64,000 bases of DNA from Sarea resinae (taxonomy: Eukaryota), in contig JAPEUD010000007.1 of assembly GCA_026026165.1 (NCBI GenBank), forward strand, positions 62,001 to 126,000, in the 5' to 3' direction. This document shows positions 1-12,162 of this stretch, in pieces. Each line of letters opens with the position of its first letter. Within the stretch, counting starts at the first letter, position 1. Both the position numbers and the translations under genes were made by a program. Under the pieces are notes generated by a model. The model was not told the DNA's origin. It ran no database searches and saw only the letters and a program-made list of their open reading frames with translations.

Positions 1-1175
1 GGACAGTTGCTGCACGCAAAGTTACCCTCGTCTGGGTTATTCAAAGTCCTGGTAAGCTACTGCTTTGATTGACTACATGGAACTACGATTGACGATCCAT
101 AGAACATTTGGAATGGATCAGACCCTGGATGACCGCCATACTGGCTATGGACAGACGACGAGAGATCCTTCGAATCCTCCTTTTCGTGACACGTCCGCGA
201 TCAACCAGAGAGATCCGGAGCCCCTCGGCCACGGTGCAGATGTTTCCCGGCAGACCCAATGTCGATACTCTTGTCGGGATGGAGGTCGAGAATAGGATCG
301 GCGCGATGGCGGTGACGGTCTGCGGGACTGGTTCTCTGAGCGACGACGTCCGGTCGGCTGTCCGGCGTCGGCAGACCGTCGCCAATCTAGACTTTATGGA
401 GGAGTCGTTCTCATGGTAAGGATGAGTTGACGATTACCTGTCATGAGATTGATGTTTATATGGAGAGCGACAACACGGTATTCTGCCATATGACTCATGC
501 AAGAGAGCCTCGATGTGTATGTGTGTCCAGGTTGGATAGATAGTCGCAAGAATCTCATGATGCTTGAATGAGTTATTATATCTTGATGATGGAAAAATTG
601 CTTCTGAGGTGGGTTGGTGGTAGTCTTGCTCAAGCCATTAGCGAAACAAGGGGTATTGTAGCGTAGTCACTATTGAGGATTTGCAATTCATCTACAAGGA
701 ATCAACATTATCACCACGTTGATACATTGAAGATTCTGGACCTCTCGTAGCCGATTGACACTAACCGGTCATGTAGGACGCTTCTCCAGACAGTGATCCT
801 GTTCTCAAAGAGCTCCATTGATGATTCTACCCTACGGTCCTCCCGCAACACTCTATATGCCCTTTAGACTTTCGCGCGAGCATTTGATTCCTACACCTTG
901 CATGAGATCACAGGTGACAGCTCTGCGCGATCTCGATCTCACAGGCTGACCATCATTCAGCTTCTATTCCATGTCCTCCCAAGCCGCGAAAGACACCCCG
1001 TTACCATGCTAGTCTATCAGCAAGCCGGCATACAGGCCAGTCAGTTGCCTTGCGAAGAGCCATCAGAGACGATTGTCACACTCAAAGTAGGTGCGACTTG
1101 GCTGCGACGGACTGCCTATCTGGGGTGTTCATCGACTTGAGTGCTCTGTCTAGTGAAAGAGGCATCCAGGCCCCA

Positions 1176-2720
1176 ATGCCTCTCTTGCGAGGTTCCGTTC
1201 CAAGAAGCCAGACCCTGTTCCTGATGTTATGTCTGCCCTTATTATCTATGTTGCTCATGCTCATATATCTGCTCGTGCCGCCTCCGTCCCCAATGTTCTG
1301 GATCAGACTCTCGGTATACATGCCTCTGCCCGGTGGGACGCCAGACGCGGACCTGTACGAGATCGCCGGCCTGATGGGCGAGTGGTATGAGCTCCTAGCC
1401 AAGATGCGATATTTCTCCCCCTCGGAGATCGCGTATCCGCCGCACGTCAGCCCCGCCATCAACACCAGTCTCGCGGCCGAGCTCGGCATGGGCCGCCAGG
1501 CCGTCTCGCTCCTGCAGCTTCTGCCCTACATGGGTTGCTGTCGCGGCGAAGACTGGCCCTTGATCTGCAGCGGTAGCTTTGCCGATTTCCGCGACGACGA
1601 CGACTTGGTCCGGAGTCGGGACCCGATGTTTAACGGACATGAGGATTACACGTCGGGCTGGGACTTGGAGACGGGCCCGTATATGCGGCCGTGGCATGTG
1701 GCATTGAACCAAATGGGCAACCACGGAGCCGTTCTTTTGCTCAATACACGAACGAGTGAGCCATAGATGTGGAATTGCTTTTGCTAGTCGAATGCTAATG
1801 AGGAGCGGCGCCCAGATATACTCACGCTTGAGGACCAGGAGTCAGGCGATACTTGTGACCCACTCTTTATAGAACACAAGGAACTCAAGACGCACTGGAA
1901 GAATCCGTCCAAAAACGCAAATTACTTCGACCATCTACCGGGTCGGCGCCCTATGGACGCTCTACGGGATTACATCGCGCGGCTTCGACGTCTGGAGTGG
2001 CTCCCAGGGGGGATCGAGCAAGGGTGGGATGAGGTGAGTGGCCCTTTTCTTTCCTCCCGCGACCGTGAAGGGGAAATATCAATCAAGTCCCCTTTGTGTA
2101 TTCGGGCCTCTTTAGCAACCACAGCCCGCATGAAGCGATAAGAACGGCCAGCTGACCATCTCTTTTCTTCTCACAAACAGTACGACGACCTCCGCGCCCT
2201 TTATCTCTCGCATGGCTGGCCGGACGCCTTCGACAGCGAAGCCTTTGCCGTCGCCAAATTGGAGCGCGAACACGCCGACGACTGGGAGACGCTAGGATCG
2301 ATGAAGTACGTGCTGTCGTGCGAGGCCTGGTGGCGTAGATGGCTATCGACGTGTCATGAAGCGAGGGGGACGAGGGAGGAATTTGCTGAGCGCTTGGCGC
2401 AAGATGGCGGTGGGGGTGGAATTTCCACCACTATGTCTTCTGCTGGTGGTGATGCAGGGGGTGACGATAATACTAACGACGGCCACGATACATCTACTTC
2501 TGAAGCCGGAAACGACGGTAACAACACCACGGAAGAAGAATCGCCTAGTCCAGCTCGCCGCCACCTCCTCCTCCAGCTATTGTCTCTAGAAAGCAACGAG
2601 CGCATCGCGTGTCGGCTGCTGACGGTCTCGGAGCGCAAGCTGATCGACGCCAAGCGCATGGCGCTGAGTAACGGGTCCAGTGTTGAGGAGGTCTTCAATT
2701 ATACCGCTGGTATCTGGTGA
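1176..2720 (+). CDS. Fungal hypothetical protein, 3 exons (introns 1756-1815, 2034-2180), possible N-terminal membrane anchor
   Basis: ORFs 1050-1766, 1953-2141 and 2259-2720 join in frame across GTGAG..GCTAAT..CAG and GTGAGT..GCTGAC..CAG introns; contains IAYPPH and LYLSHGWPDAF, motifs I recall from an uncharacterised fungal family. Start could instead be ATG 1320. Confidence 0.7.
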
Positions 2721-4220
2721 TGGCGTTTCTCTTTTAGGATGAATGGTCGAAGAAAAAAGAAGGGATATTTATTTGGTGGGTCGATGACTGGCTGGCACTG
2801 TTGTGTTAGGGAAGTCAATTGTTTTAGTTGAAGAGGAAAAGAGAGAGAGATCTTGTAGCTCGTGGATCGTGATTGTAATGTGCGTTTCTTGGTTAGAGTA
2901 TCATATTCAGGTTCAGTAATTATAGTAATTATATATCTGTGTTGATGTACTTAGTTACGTGGATCGTGTAGATGAATGATATGAGTTGTCTTTTCCATTA
3001 TAGAGACAGAGGTCGAGACAGAGACAGAAGAGAGAGAGAGAAACACAAAACTAAAAGAGCCAGCCCAAATCTAATAATTGTCTACCGACCTACCCTGCTC
3101 TAGAGTATCTCAAACCAATACGCCTGCGTCTAATTCTGCTTACTGCGCAAGGCATATCAACAAACACAACAAACCCGCGGCGCTGGCTATACACAAAGGA
3201 ATTCTAATTCCTTACCTACACACTCTCTGACCGTGTTATTATATCCGTCTCTCTCTATTTTTTTTTGGACTGTCGTTGTCCTGATAATATAATCTCTCTC
3301 TATACCTCCTTTGGCTAGGTAGGACCTTTGTGCCTTTCTCTCTCCTCTCTTCTTACCAGCTTCTTCTCTGCAGCTCTTTTCTGCCACCCTGAACTCGTGT
3401 GGCTATCCTATCCTATCTAAATAAATAGCCTTATCTACCTACTTACCTACCTCTCTTACCTAGCTACCGTATGTAGACAGTTCCAAGGTTCTTACATAAA
3501 CCCCCCTCCAATCTCATCATCACCTCGCATTACCTTACCTTACCCTCAGGTATTCCAGTGTCATCTCGTCGTATCTCGAGCCCGGGGGAAGACTACTGCG
3601 CAGTCGATACGATAGGTACGGTGAGGGAGTGTAGTGGACGGTGGGTAAGGTAAGGTATGTGATGGATGACGAGCCCACGAGCTCAGGGCTCGCCATTTCG
3701 CGTGCGCCGCGTGCGCCGCTTGCGCCATTGGGATCCACCCTCGCATCACCTAACAACACTCACTCCTATACGCTCCTAGACTTGTACACACATACTACTG
3801 TGCTTCACCTTGGCTTGCTTCACCTTGCCTTGGGTTGGATTCTATTGGCTTGGGTTCGTGTAGCACGTAATACACATCCATACGTGCTACGGACGGGAGT
3901 CTCTGAGGAGTTAATTATCTGAGGGAGTACTATCTGAGGAGGGCCATACGGAGTGCCATTCCTGGGTCCTTCTATCTACCTTATCTACATACCCCTACTC
4001 TACACGTTCCCATACACGTCCACCTATCTACCTACCTACATATCCCATGCGCCCGACGTCGAGAAACAGACAACAGACACCCCAAAACAGATAAACGGAT
4101 GGGCAATTACTAACGACTCTAATCCAGTCCAATGCGAATGAACCTAAGTAGCCTAGAGGTAAGGTAAGGTAGGTAAGTAATGGAATCCATGCAATGCCTG
4201 ATGTACTAACCTACCTACGC

Positions 4221-4221
<1 letters not shown>

Positions 4222-4273
<52 letters not shown>

Positions 4274-4275
4274 TG
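4222..4275. repeat. (TGCG)n microsatellite, about 13 units
   Basis: Perfect tetranucleotide run read directly. Confidence 0.95.
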
Positions 4276-4649
4276 GGTGCTGTGCTTGCTGGGGGATATG
4301 TGCGTGCTGGGGGATGGATGATGTGCTCTGCTCTGCTGTGCTCTACCTCTGTCCTACTAACTAACTCTGCTGTCTTCTCTTCCACTCTACCGCAGTACGC
4401 CGGCCTCTTCTACTCGAATCTACTCTAGGCTGGCGGAGGTGGCTTCCATACGTGAGGTGGATCCCGTATGTATGCGATGCACGTATGTATGTGATGCTAT
4501 TGCTATTGCTGCTGCTGCCATCCATGTGTAGGAAGCCGAGTCTGTACGAAGTAGGGCATCCAACGCGCTGGGCCAGGGCGGCGGCCGGGATCAAGGAAGC
4601 CGTTTTGTAAAAGTATAGGTAGTCTGGAGTAAATAAAAGCAGGCAGGCA

Positions 4650-4677
4650 GGGAGGGAGGGAGGGAGGGAGGGAGGGA
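4650..4677 (+). repeat. (GGGA)7 microsatellite
   Basis: Perfect run read directly, preceded by (GCAG)n. Confidence 0.9.
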
Positions 4678-5738
4678 AGGATAGAGTGGAGGGAATTGGT
4701 ATTACTCGATTCGACCCTCCTCTCCTCTGTCCTACTCTGCTTCTCTAGAGTACTACTCTTCTACTCTTCTCTGGTGATAAGCCATGGCAGCTGCGCACGG
4801 CGCGCCATTCCTTGACGAGCATCGCATACCTAGGTGTAGACTGATCGACTCTACTGTCATGATGGGTGTGTGGATGGATCGCGCGTGAGGAAGTAGTCGT
4901 AGATGAACGCCATGATCTTCTTCTTGACTGCCGATAAAACCACCACAGCAACTAACCAACCAACTACTGTACAGCGACAGGCTCTCCGGCGCCGATCATC
5001 CTCTCTTTCCCTAGCTACTCTCCCAGCCCTCCCAGCCTTCCCATGCTTTCTCTTCTCTTTCCATGCATCTTCGACGACACAACGTCCTTCCCACCCACCC
5101 ACCTACCCACACCCCCACCCCACTCCCGTACCCCGTTCCCCGTCGCCCTCGGGCGCCCAGACCTCCCCGGCAAAACCAAACGATCTCGCAAGACGCGGGA
5201 GGGATGATGGAAGCATGGCAGAAAAGTCCAGAAGAGCATACACTCTACGAGAACACGAGAATGCCAGGAGCCCCCCCTTCCTACCAGACACCCCCAAGAC
5301 CCCTGCGCCGTCGGGTGGAGAGTTAGTTTTGCGTTACACATTTATCCGGGACGGCGACCGTCTGTCTACCTTTTACCTGATGCCTTTGTCTCTCCTAGGG
5401 CCAGGTCTAGGTTTCCCGGTCTTGATCTAGACTGCCGCTGGCTGGCATAGAGTAGAGTACATGTGTGGGATTCCGCTGTTGACGCAATTCGGTCGGGTCG
5501 AAAACGTCGTTCGTCTTGTTTTGGCTATCTTTTGCCGTCATGTTGTGCTTGAGCCTCCCTTCACCTTATATATCTGCGGGATGCCAGAAGAGAAGAATGG
5601 CAGGAGTCTTATCATTGTATATCCAGGAGAGAGAGAGCGTGTGTGTATGTGTGAGTGAGTGAGGTTTGAAAACGAAACGAAAGGATACGACAACACAACA
5701 CGGCACGGCCTGATACGACATCATCCAACGCTGACACG

Positions 5739-7540
5739 ATGACGACGACGACGGCAACGAAGCCACTGGATTCTCAATCCGACAGCCATCACATCGGCAC
5801 CTATGAGAAACTTCGCCGATTTTATAGGGGCACCCTGTTCCAGGCCATTGTGCTTGGCTTGGTCAGTTTCACGCAGCCGGGCATCTGGGTGGCTTTGAAT
5901 AGTAAGTTGTTCTCGAAGAAAAATGGATCGGATTGATGGTGGAAGAGCCGTGTTGGTTGACTGTCTGTTTTGCTTGATAGATCTTGGGGCCGGCGGGAGA
6001 GCGAAACCGTACTTTGTCAATGCGGCAAATGTTATCACTTTCGTGTACGTGCTCATGGCCGTGGTCGTGGTAGTGGTCGTGGCATGCATGCATGCATGCT
6101 ATTGCCAATTACTTCCTCCTCATCCAATGGATATTCTGCATGCTAACTCCTGCTGAAATATAGTATCATGGTCATATGCTCGCCGCTCGCAGGCATGGTA
6201 GGAAACATTGTCGGACTCAAATGGGTCCTCGTACTGGGGACGTTGGGCTATGTCCCGTACTCGGCCGCGCTCTACTGCAACAGCGCATTCGGCACCCAAT
6301 GGTTCTTACTCTTTGGCGCTGCCACCTGTGGGATATCTGCATCAGCTCTCTGGACAGCCGAGTCGGCAATCGGTGTTGGATATCCGGAACCTGCTCGACG
6401 GGGATTGTATAGTATGTGCCCCTATTCTTCTAAACAATCCGTGGAAAGTTTTCAAGAATCACAGGCAATCGCAATAGCTGACCCATTGTCAAAGTCAGTA
6501 TCTGGCTCACACTCAACCAACTCGGCTCCGTCATTGGATCCTGCATCCTGCTGGGAATGAGTGTGGGAAAGGACGTAAAAGGAGGAATATCTCCGAACGT
6601 ATATCTCGTCCTCGTGGGCTTGCAATGCCTCGGCCTCCCCTTGTCGCTCCTCATCTCACCCGCCGACAAGCTCATAAGGACAGATGGGCAAAAGCCAGTT
6701 CTGACTGCGCGAAAGCGGACGCTGAAGTCGGAGTTGAAGGCTTTCTGGAAAATCTGCACCACCAAACGCATTGCCCTCCTCGTCCCCATCTTTATATCCG
6801 TGCAATGGGGACAGACGTACCAGGGGAATTATCTCGCAAAATACTTCACGGTTGAAGCTCGTGCCCTGGCTGGATTCCTCATCGCGGTCGTCGGAATGAT
6901 CGTCAGTCTGATCTTCGGCTGGATGCTCGACTTGACCGTGCTGCGACGTTCACAGAGGGCCAAGGTCAGCTGGGTCTTCTTGGTCGCTATATTCATCGGC
7001 ATCTGGATCTACAATCTCGTCGTCCAAGTTCATTATTCCAAGACGCATCCGACGATAGATATCCACTCGCACGAATTCTCTCGTGCCGTTGGCGTTTACA
7101 TTCTGTTTCGGTAAGTCATTCCACTGCATATCTTGCGAACGAATGCTCATTATTTGAATGACAGGATCGGCTATCAGGCCGGGAGTCTCTGGGTATACTG
7201 GATCCTTGGAACGTTCAACGTCGAAGTCGACAATCTTGCCTTGACCACTGGCCTGTTGCGGGCTGGCGAATCGCTCGGGAGCGCCTTCTCTTACACCGTT
7301 GGTGCTGTGAAGGCGGCTTCACTTCTCACGAATCTCATCGTTGCCGTTGTGGTGTTCATGGCGAGCGTGCCACCAACCACCTGGGCGGCGTGGCTCGTGA
7401 CAGACGACAAGACCGTGGGTGATCTCGAGGAAGAAGTCGAAGGTGAAGAAGTGACGATAGAAGCACCCAAGTCGGATCTGTCGGAGAAGACTAGAGACTC
7501 TGACCGGGGAGACTCGGACAGGATAGAAGTAGGTGAATGA
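5739..7540 (+). CDS. UNC-93-like MFS transporter (DUF895 type), 5 exons
   Basis: Spliced product reads LGLVSFTQPGIWVALNNLGAGG...LGTLGYVPYSAALYCN...GAATCGISASALWTAE...YWILGT...GLLRAGESLGSA; many hydrophobic helices; four GT-AG introns with branch sites. Confidence 0.88.
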
Positions 7541-8768
7541 ATGATGAGACTGGCACAGAAGAAGTTTGAATGAGCACACACTTCAGAGAAGAAAGCAGGG
7601 CCTCGGCCGGACCATGTTCTATACCCGTTTTTTCATGCTTCCATGGCTCAGGTTAGATAGATAGATAGCATGTTCTCAATAGATAGGAGCTAGTGAGCGA
7701 TAGACTAGGTAGGTAGAAAAGACCGATTCGCATAGGTAGCCATTTCTCGCGGAATGGTTTTTTTGTCCCAAATCTCGAAGACTTTCAAACTCCACAGGAA
7801 GAAGCGGACTCGAACAACGTAGAGTGAGTAGCACGACAGCCGCATCTTCGAGCCTTTGACGAAAGCGGACAGAATCGATGATATGATATGGTCGGGGTGC
7901 GTGCTGTTATGCAGTTACGCTGATGCCTCCTCGACCTCTAGTAGAGTACGACCTCCTGATAGCCCGTGACGATGCCGCCGCGCTAATTGACCTCTGATGC
8001 ATTGCATCGGATCCTAAGGTAGCTATGGTCTAAACCAAGGGTGCGAGATCCTTTGCATACTTAGATTCGAATAGTAAGGTAGACCCACGGATTCGCGGAT
8101 TCGCGGAACTAAAATGATGCGTCAGCAAATCGACTAGCCACCTACCTATGCTTTCTTGGCCATCAAGGGTCATGAGAATCAAGACGATAGATCGTGATCT
8201 ACCTACCTAGGTACCTGGTCAGTATCTAGATGGAAAGCGAATTCGTTGGCCGCAGAGAAAGAAAAGAGCACGGGAAGCCAAGCCAAACAAGCGTGTGGGA
8301 CGATCATGTATGTTGTGTTGTGGCAAAGTATGCCATGCCAGGAAGGTATATTCATATATGATATCATCGACGCTGGATCAGCAGAAACGCGGTCGAGAGG
8401 AAGAGGTGCAATATCAGGTAGGTAGGTAGATAGAGAGGTAGAGAGGGTGGAGGACATATTCTCTCTCTCTCTCTTTCGCTCTCTGGCGAGAGAGGACGTC
8501 CGTCCAGCCTGACCCCTCAATAAACACAACTCAAGTGGGGTATTTATTTACAGTTCCGACCGAGCTACAGCTGGAGACGCGTGCTCAAGGTCATCGTCAA
8601 CTCCGAGACGACAATTCAAAAACGCCGCCGCTCAGAAATCCCAAGTCCCATTGCCGTTGCCATTGCCATTTCCCAATACCGTTGCACACGCTGGCAATGT
8701 CCGATGCAGCGCCAGTCCGGTCCAGCCAACCATCCGTAAATGCCCCCCATGAAAACGCCCCGTGAATG

Positions 8769-10052
8769 TTAAACAGAACTCAGGCGAACCAAGGCTTCGA
8801 TAGCCTCGCGCTCCTGAGCATCGGATCCCGCCCCAAAGCCATCCAGATGCGAAAACCCCACCGAACCATGAACTTGCTGAAAATTATATGTCAGCGGCAT
8901 TGACTTTGCCAGTGCCGAAGACGCGGGACCGCCACCGCGGTCGCCAGAATATACATCGTTAGAAAGGTGATCAAAGCCGCCGCCCCCAGATGTCGGCACC
9001 GATGGCTGTCTGAGGGCGGCGGCGCCGATTCTGGCCCAGTCTTCTTCGTCCGTTATGTCCCCTACATCTTCGTCCATGACTGGACCTTCATCAGGTGCTT
9101 CCGAGGACGAGCAAGACTCGTCCCCATCGAGGGACATTTTGTCAGCCTCGTTCTCCAGCATAGTGATGTCTTCATGGTAGCCACTGTTCATATCCTCATC
9201 GTGGGAGAATACGGCAGCGTCTCCGTTCCAGCTGTCTCCAGTCCCATATCCCCAAGGCCGATTGTAGCGCGATGAGGCTTTGGGGATCTGCATCCCGTCT
9301 GAGGGAACCCCGTCTGCCGATAGAGCAGAATAGGATGAAGGGGCACTGGGCGGCGGTGAAAGAGTGTTGCCGTGTCCCCCGTTGGGCTGCATGCCCCGAT
9401 CCTCTCGAGACTGCTGTCCTTTGATCTTGGCGTCCCAACGACCCCAACCCACTTTCTCGAATTCGACGTCTCCGTTGACTCCGCCGCCCTCGCCGCCGTT
9501 TCCTCTGCCCTCTAGAGCTCCCACCACTAATCTTCGAGCCTTAGCGGGTGGTATGCTCGAGAATCCGGGCACCGAAGTTGTCAGATGACCCATGACGTGG
9601 CGGATGGCCAGTGGACCGTGGTCGAGAAGGATTTCGGGCAAGTGATGCTTCGCCAAAAGCCCAGGCGTGATGGCACCAGCCGCATCGAAGCCGACGGCGC
9701 TGCCGCGGTCGTCGGCGGTGGCAAAACCATGCTGAGGCTGTGACTGGCTCTTTGCATGATCGATCGCATCTTGCAAATCGATATCGGAATCGACGTTGAC
9801 CAGCGCGGTCGGTGTAGACGCGACAGGGGCTCTTTGACCACGGAAGCCATGGGGGGGTAGAGTGGGCGAGATGGAGTTCGGGGGAGTAGGAAGAGTATGA
9901 GGTTGCTTCGCTGCGGGAAGAGACTTCGCCGCAGCGTTGCCAAAGGTGTCTCGGCCAGCGAAGGCGTTATCGCGCGGGTTGGGGATGTCCACGGAGGCAG
10001 TCTTGCCAGCCAGTGCCATCGCAATACTGGAGACATTGCGAGAGGTAGCCAT
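8769..10052 (-). CDS. STB3: Stb3-family Sin3-binding / rRNA-processing-element-binding protein
   Basis: Single 427-aa ORF with ITPGLLAKHHLPEILLDHGPLAIRHVMGHLTTSVPGFSSIPPAKARRLVVGALE, FEKVGWGRW and TDEEDW, characteristic of fungal Stb3. Confidence 0.88.
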   Translation of the reverse strand: MATSRNVSSIAMALAGKTASVDIPNPRDNAFAGRDTFGNAAAKSLPAAKQPHTLPTPPNSISPTLPPHGFRGQRAPVASTPTALVNVDSDIDLQDAIDHAKSQSQPQHGFATADDRGSAVGFDAAGAITPGLLAKHHLPEILLDHGPLAIRHVMGHLTTSVPGFSSIPPAKARRLVVGALEGRGNGGEGGGVNGDVEFEKVGWGRWDAKIKGQQSREDRGMQPNGGHGNTLSPPPSAPSSYSALSADGVPSDGMQIPKASSRYNRPWGYGTGDSWNGDAAVFSHDEDMNSGYHEDITMLENEADKMSLDGDESCSSSEAPDEGPVMDEDVGDITDEEDWARIGAAALRQPSVPTSGGGGFDHLSNDVYSGDRGGGPASSALAKSMPLTYNFQQVHGSVGFSHLDGFGAGSDAQEREAIEALVRLSSV

Positions 10053-12162
10053 TCTGGAGACGGAATGTCTTCGATATGTGTCTCTGGAGAATCTAGATCG
10101 AGAGCAGAATCAGCAAACTGACCGAAGGCGAGGCTGCAACCGCGGACGGTGGCTCGAGTCGGGTGGTGAAAGTGGTGACGCGGTCTGCGTGTTTGTTGCG
10201 ATTACTCACAGTTGCGACTTTGGACAAGCGAGAGCACTTGGGATCGGCGCGACGGCTGATGGGATGTAGGTTGAAAGGCGATAACGGGCTTCTCAAAGGG
10301 CGATCGGTATCGATCGGCCGGTAAAGGATATAGATTCTCAAAGTAACGACGTGAACGAAACTCGACTGTTCAGATATAAGTTGACTGTGATGGTGGTTTG
10401 AATGTTGAAGGAGGTTGCGCAGACCGGGGAGGTAAAGACACCAGATATCAATCATCAGGGTATGGGATATCCGGTTACCAACTATGTACGGCGTATTGTC
10501 TTGGCCAGGCACGTTGACGAGGTACCAGTACCCACGCTCCCGCTTACACGAGCATTCAGTCGATGACTACGGAGTATGCAGTACGTCTTCATGGTATCAT
10601 GAGCACTCACTGATACGAAGTACCTCGGTCGGCTGCCTTGGTGCAGAGCGAGGTGAAGCGAGGTGAAGCGGGGGAGAGGTACTCGCAGTATGCAAAGCAC
10701 ACGGCGAGGATACCTGCCAGAGTGGATGAGAGAGATGATGATGGGAATCGTCGACGGAACCAGTGAGATACCGGTTCAGACGCATGCGGCCACGACGTAA
10801 TGCGCAGTAGACTCGGAGTACTGTGGCTTGCCCCCACGGCCGTGGGTACGAAGTATGGCGTACTCGAGGGGAGAAGTATCGGTACCGCGATCGAGTACCT
10901 CGACACCTGGAACAGCTGCAACACGCCCCGAGATACGCACGGGGTGGGGGGTGGCAGCTGATTCGCCCTGCGCGACCCCCAAGTCTCGAGAATGCTCTAC
11001 CACGAGAGATGGTCTACTCGTCGCCAAGCAGCACTCTACGACTACGGTACTCCGAGTACTGGGCACGGCCGTAGAGGTACTTGTCCACCAGCCGAGATCG
11101 GAAGTGGCCAGTCCTTGCTACTGTACAGAGTAGTCGACGGTCATCAAGTCAAGGCCTTGTCAAGACTCCCGTAATCATGAGCCACAGCACACTTGCCCAC
11201 CAACAGCTTACGAGACATACGAGACATGTCGGTTGTGACCGAGCTTATTGGCTTATCGACGCCCTTTGCTCATTGACACGCCCAACGAGGCATCTCCCCC
11301 GACCCTCAGGGTTTACCCAGCTCAGGAACGGAAGCCATGGAAGCAGTAGTGCGTCCTCTTATTGACCTCCTACCAATTAGTATGGAGGAGGATGGGTCTC
11401 GAGAAGCGCGCCTCCAATCTCCCATTGCTACCTCGTAGAAGACGGTACTATTCATTCCACTCTCGCATCTTCATCAGCTCTCTCGCTTCGCTGGGTGGAG
11501 GCACGCCGACCGTCGTTGGAATCCCACAAACGCCAGGGCCCGGTTCCAACCGATTAGTCCCACGAGGGGCACTCCATTCCTCCCATCCACTCAGCGTCTT
11601 CGCTGCATGAAACGTGCCTCCTCATGACAGGAGAGTCGTAGAAAAATGTTTGAAACGGATCGGATGCTCATGAGACCATTGTCCAATGCCGTGTAGGAGT
11701 GCGAGGCATTTCTGCTGATCTCGGAAGGATATCCTGTACAAGTGCAAGTCGCTCTTGAAGCTCACTTTCTCCCTCATTGGGAAAGCAGTTGCGCAAACCC
11801 TGTAGCCAAGATGCCATTTGTCGAGATGCATGTCGTGCATGATCACGGATAAGGGAAGGCATCCAATGATACTGAACTAGCGGGGTAGATGCCGAATGAT
11901 AGGGCAGCCCGAATGCCCCGCATCAGCGGTATTGTTCCGAGATAAACAGACCCCACCGATCAACCCGGACGACCGCTCGAGGGATAGCAATACTCACTGC
12001 GGCACCCAGCAGCCATCAAGCTCTTTCGAGAGCAGGTAATACGTAGGTCTTTGGTTGATGTCAGGCAGGCTACGTGCCAAGCGCCTCAGTGGAACCTTTT
12101 GATGCAGTTGCGTATCGAAACCGCAGCATTGGGCACGCCCACGATATGGCGCATTACTTACA

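Noticed and set aside
1..1050. Short ORFs at the left edge
   Set aside because: All frames interrupted by stops; no recognisable product.
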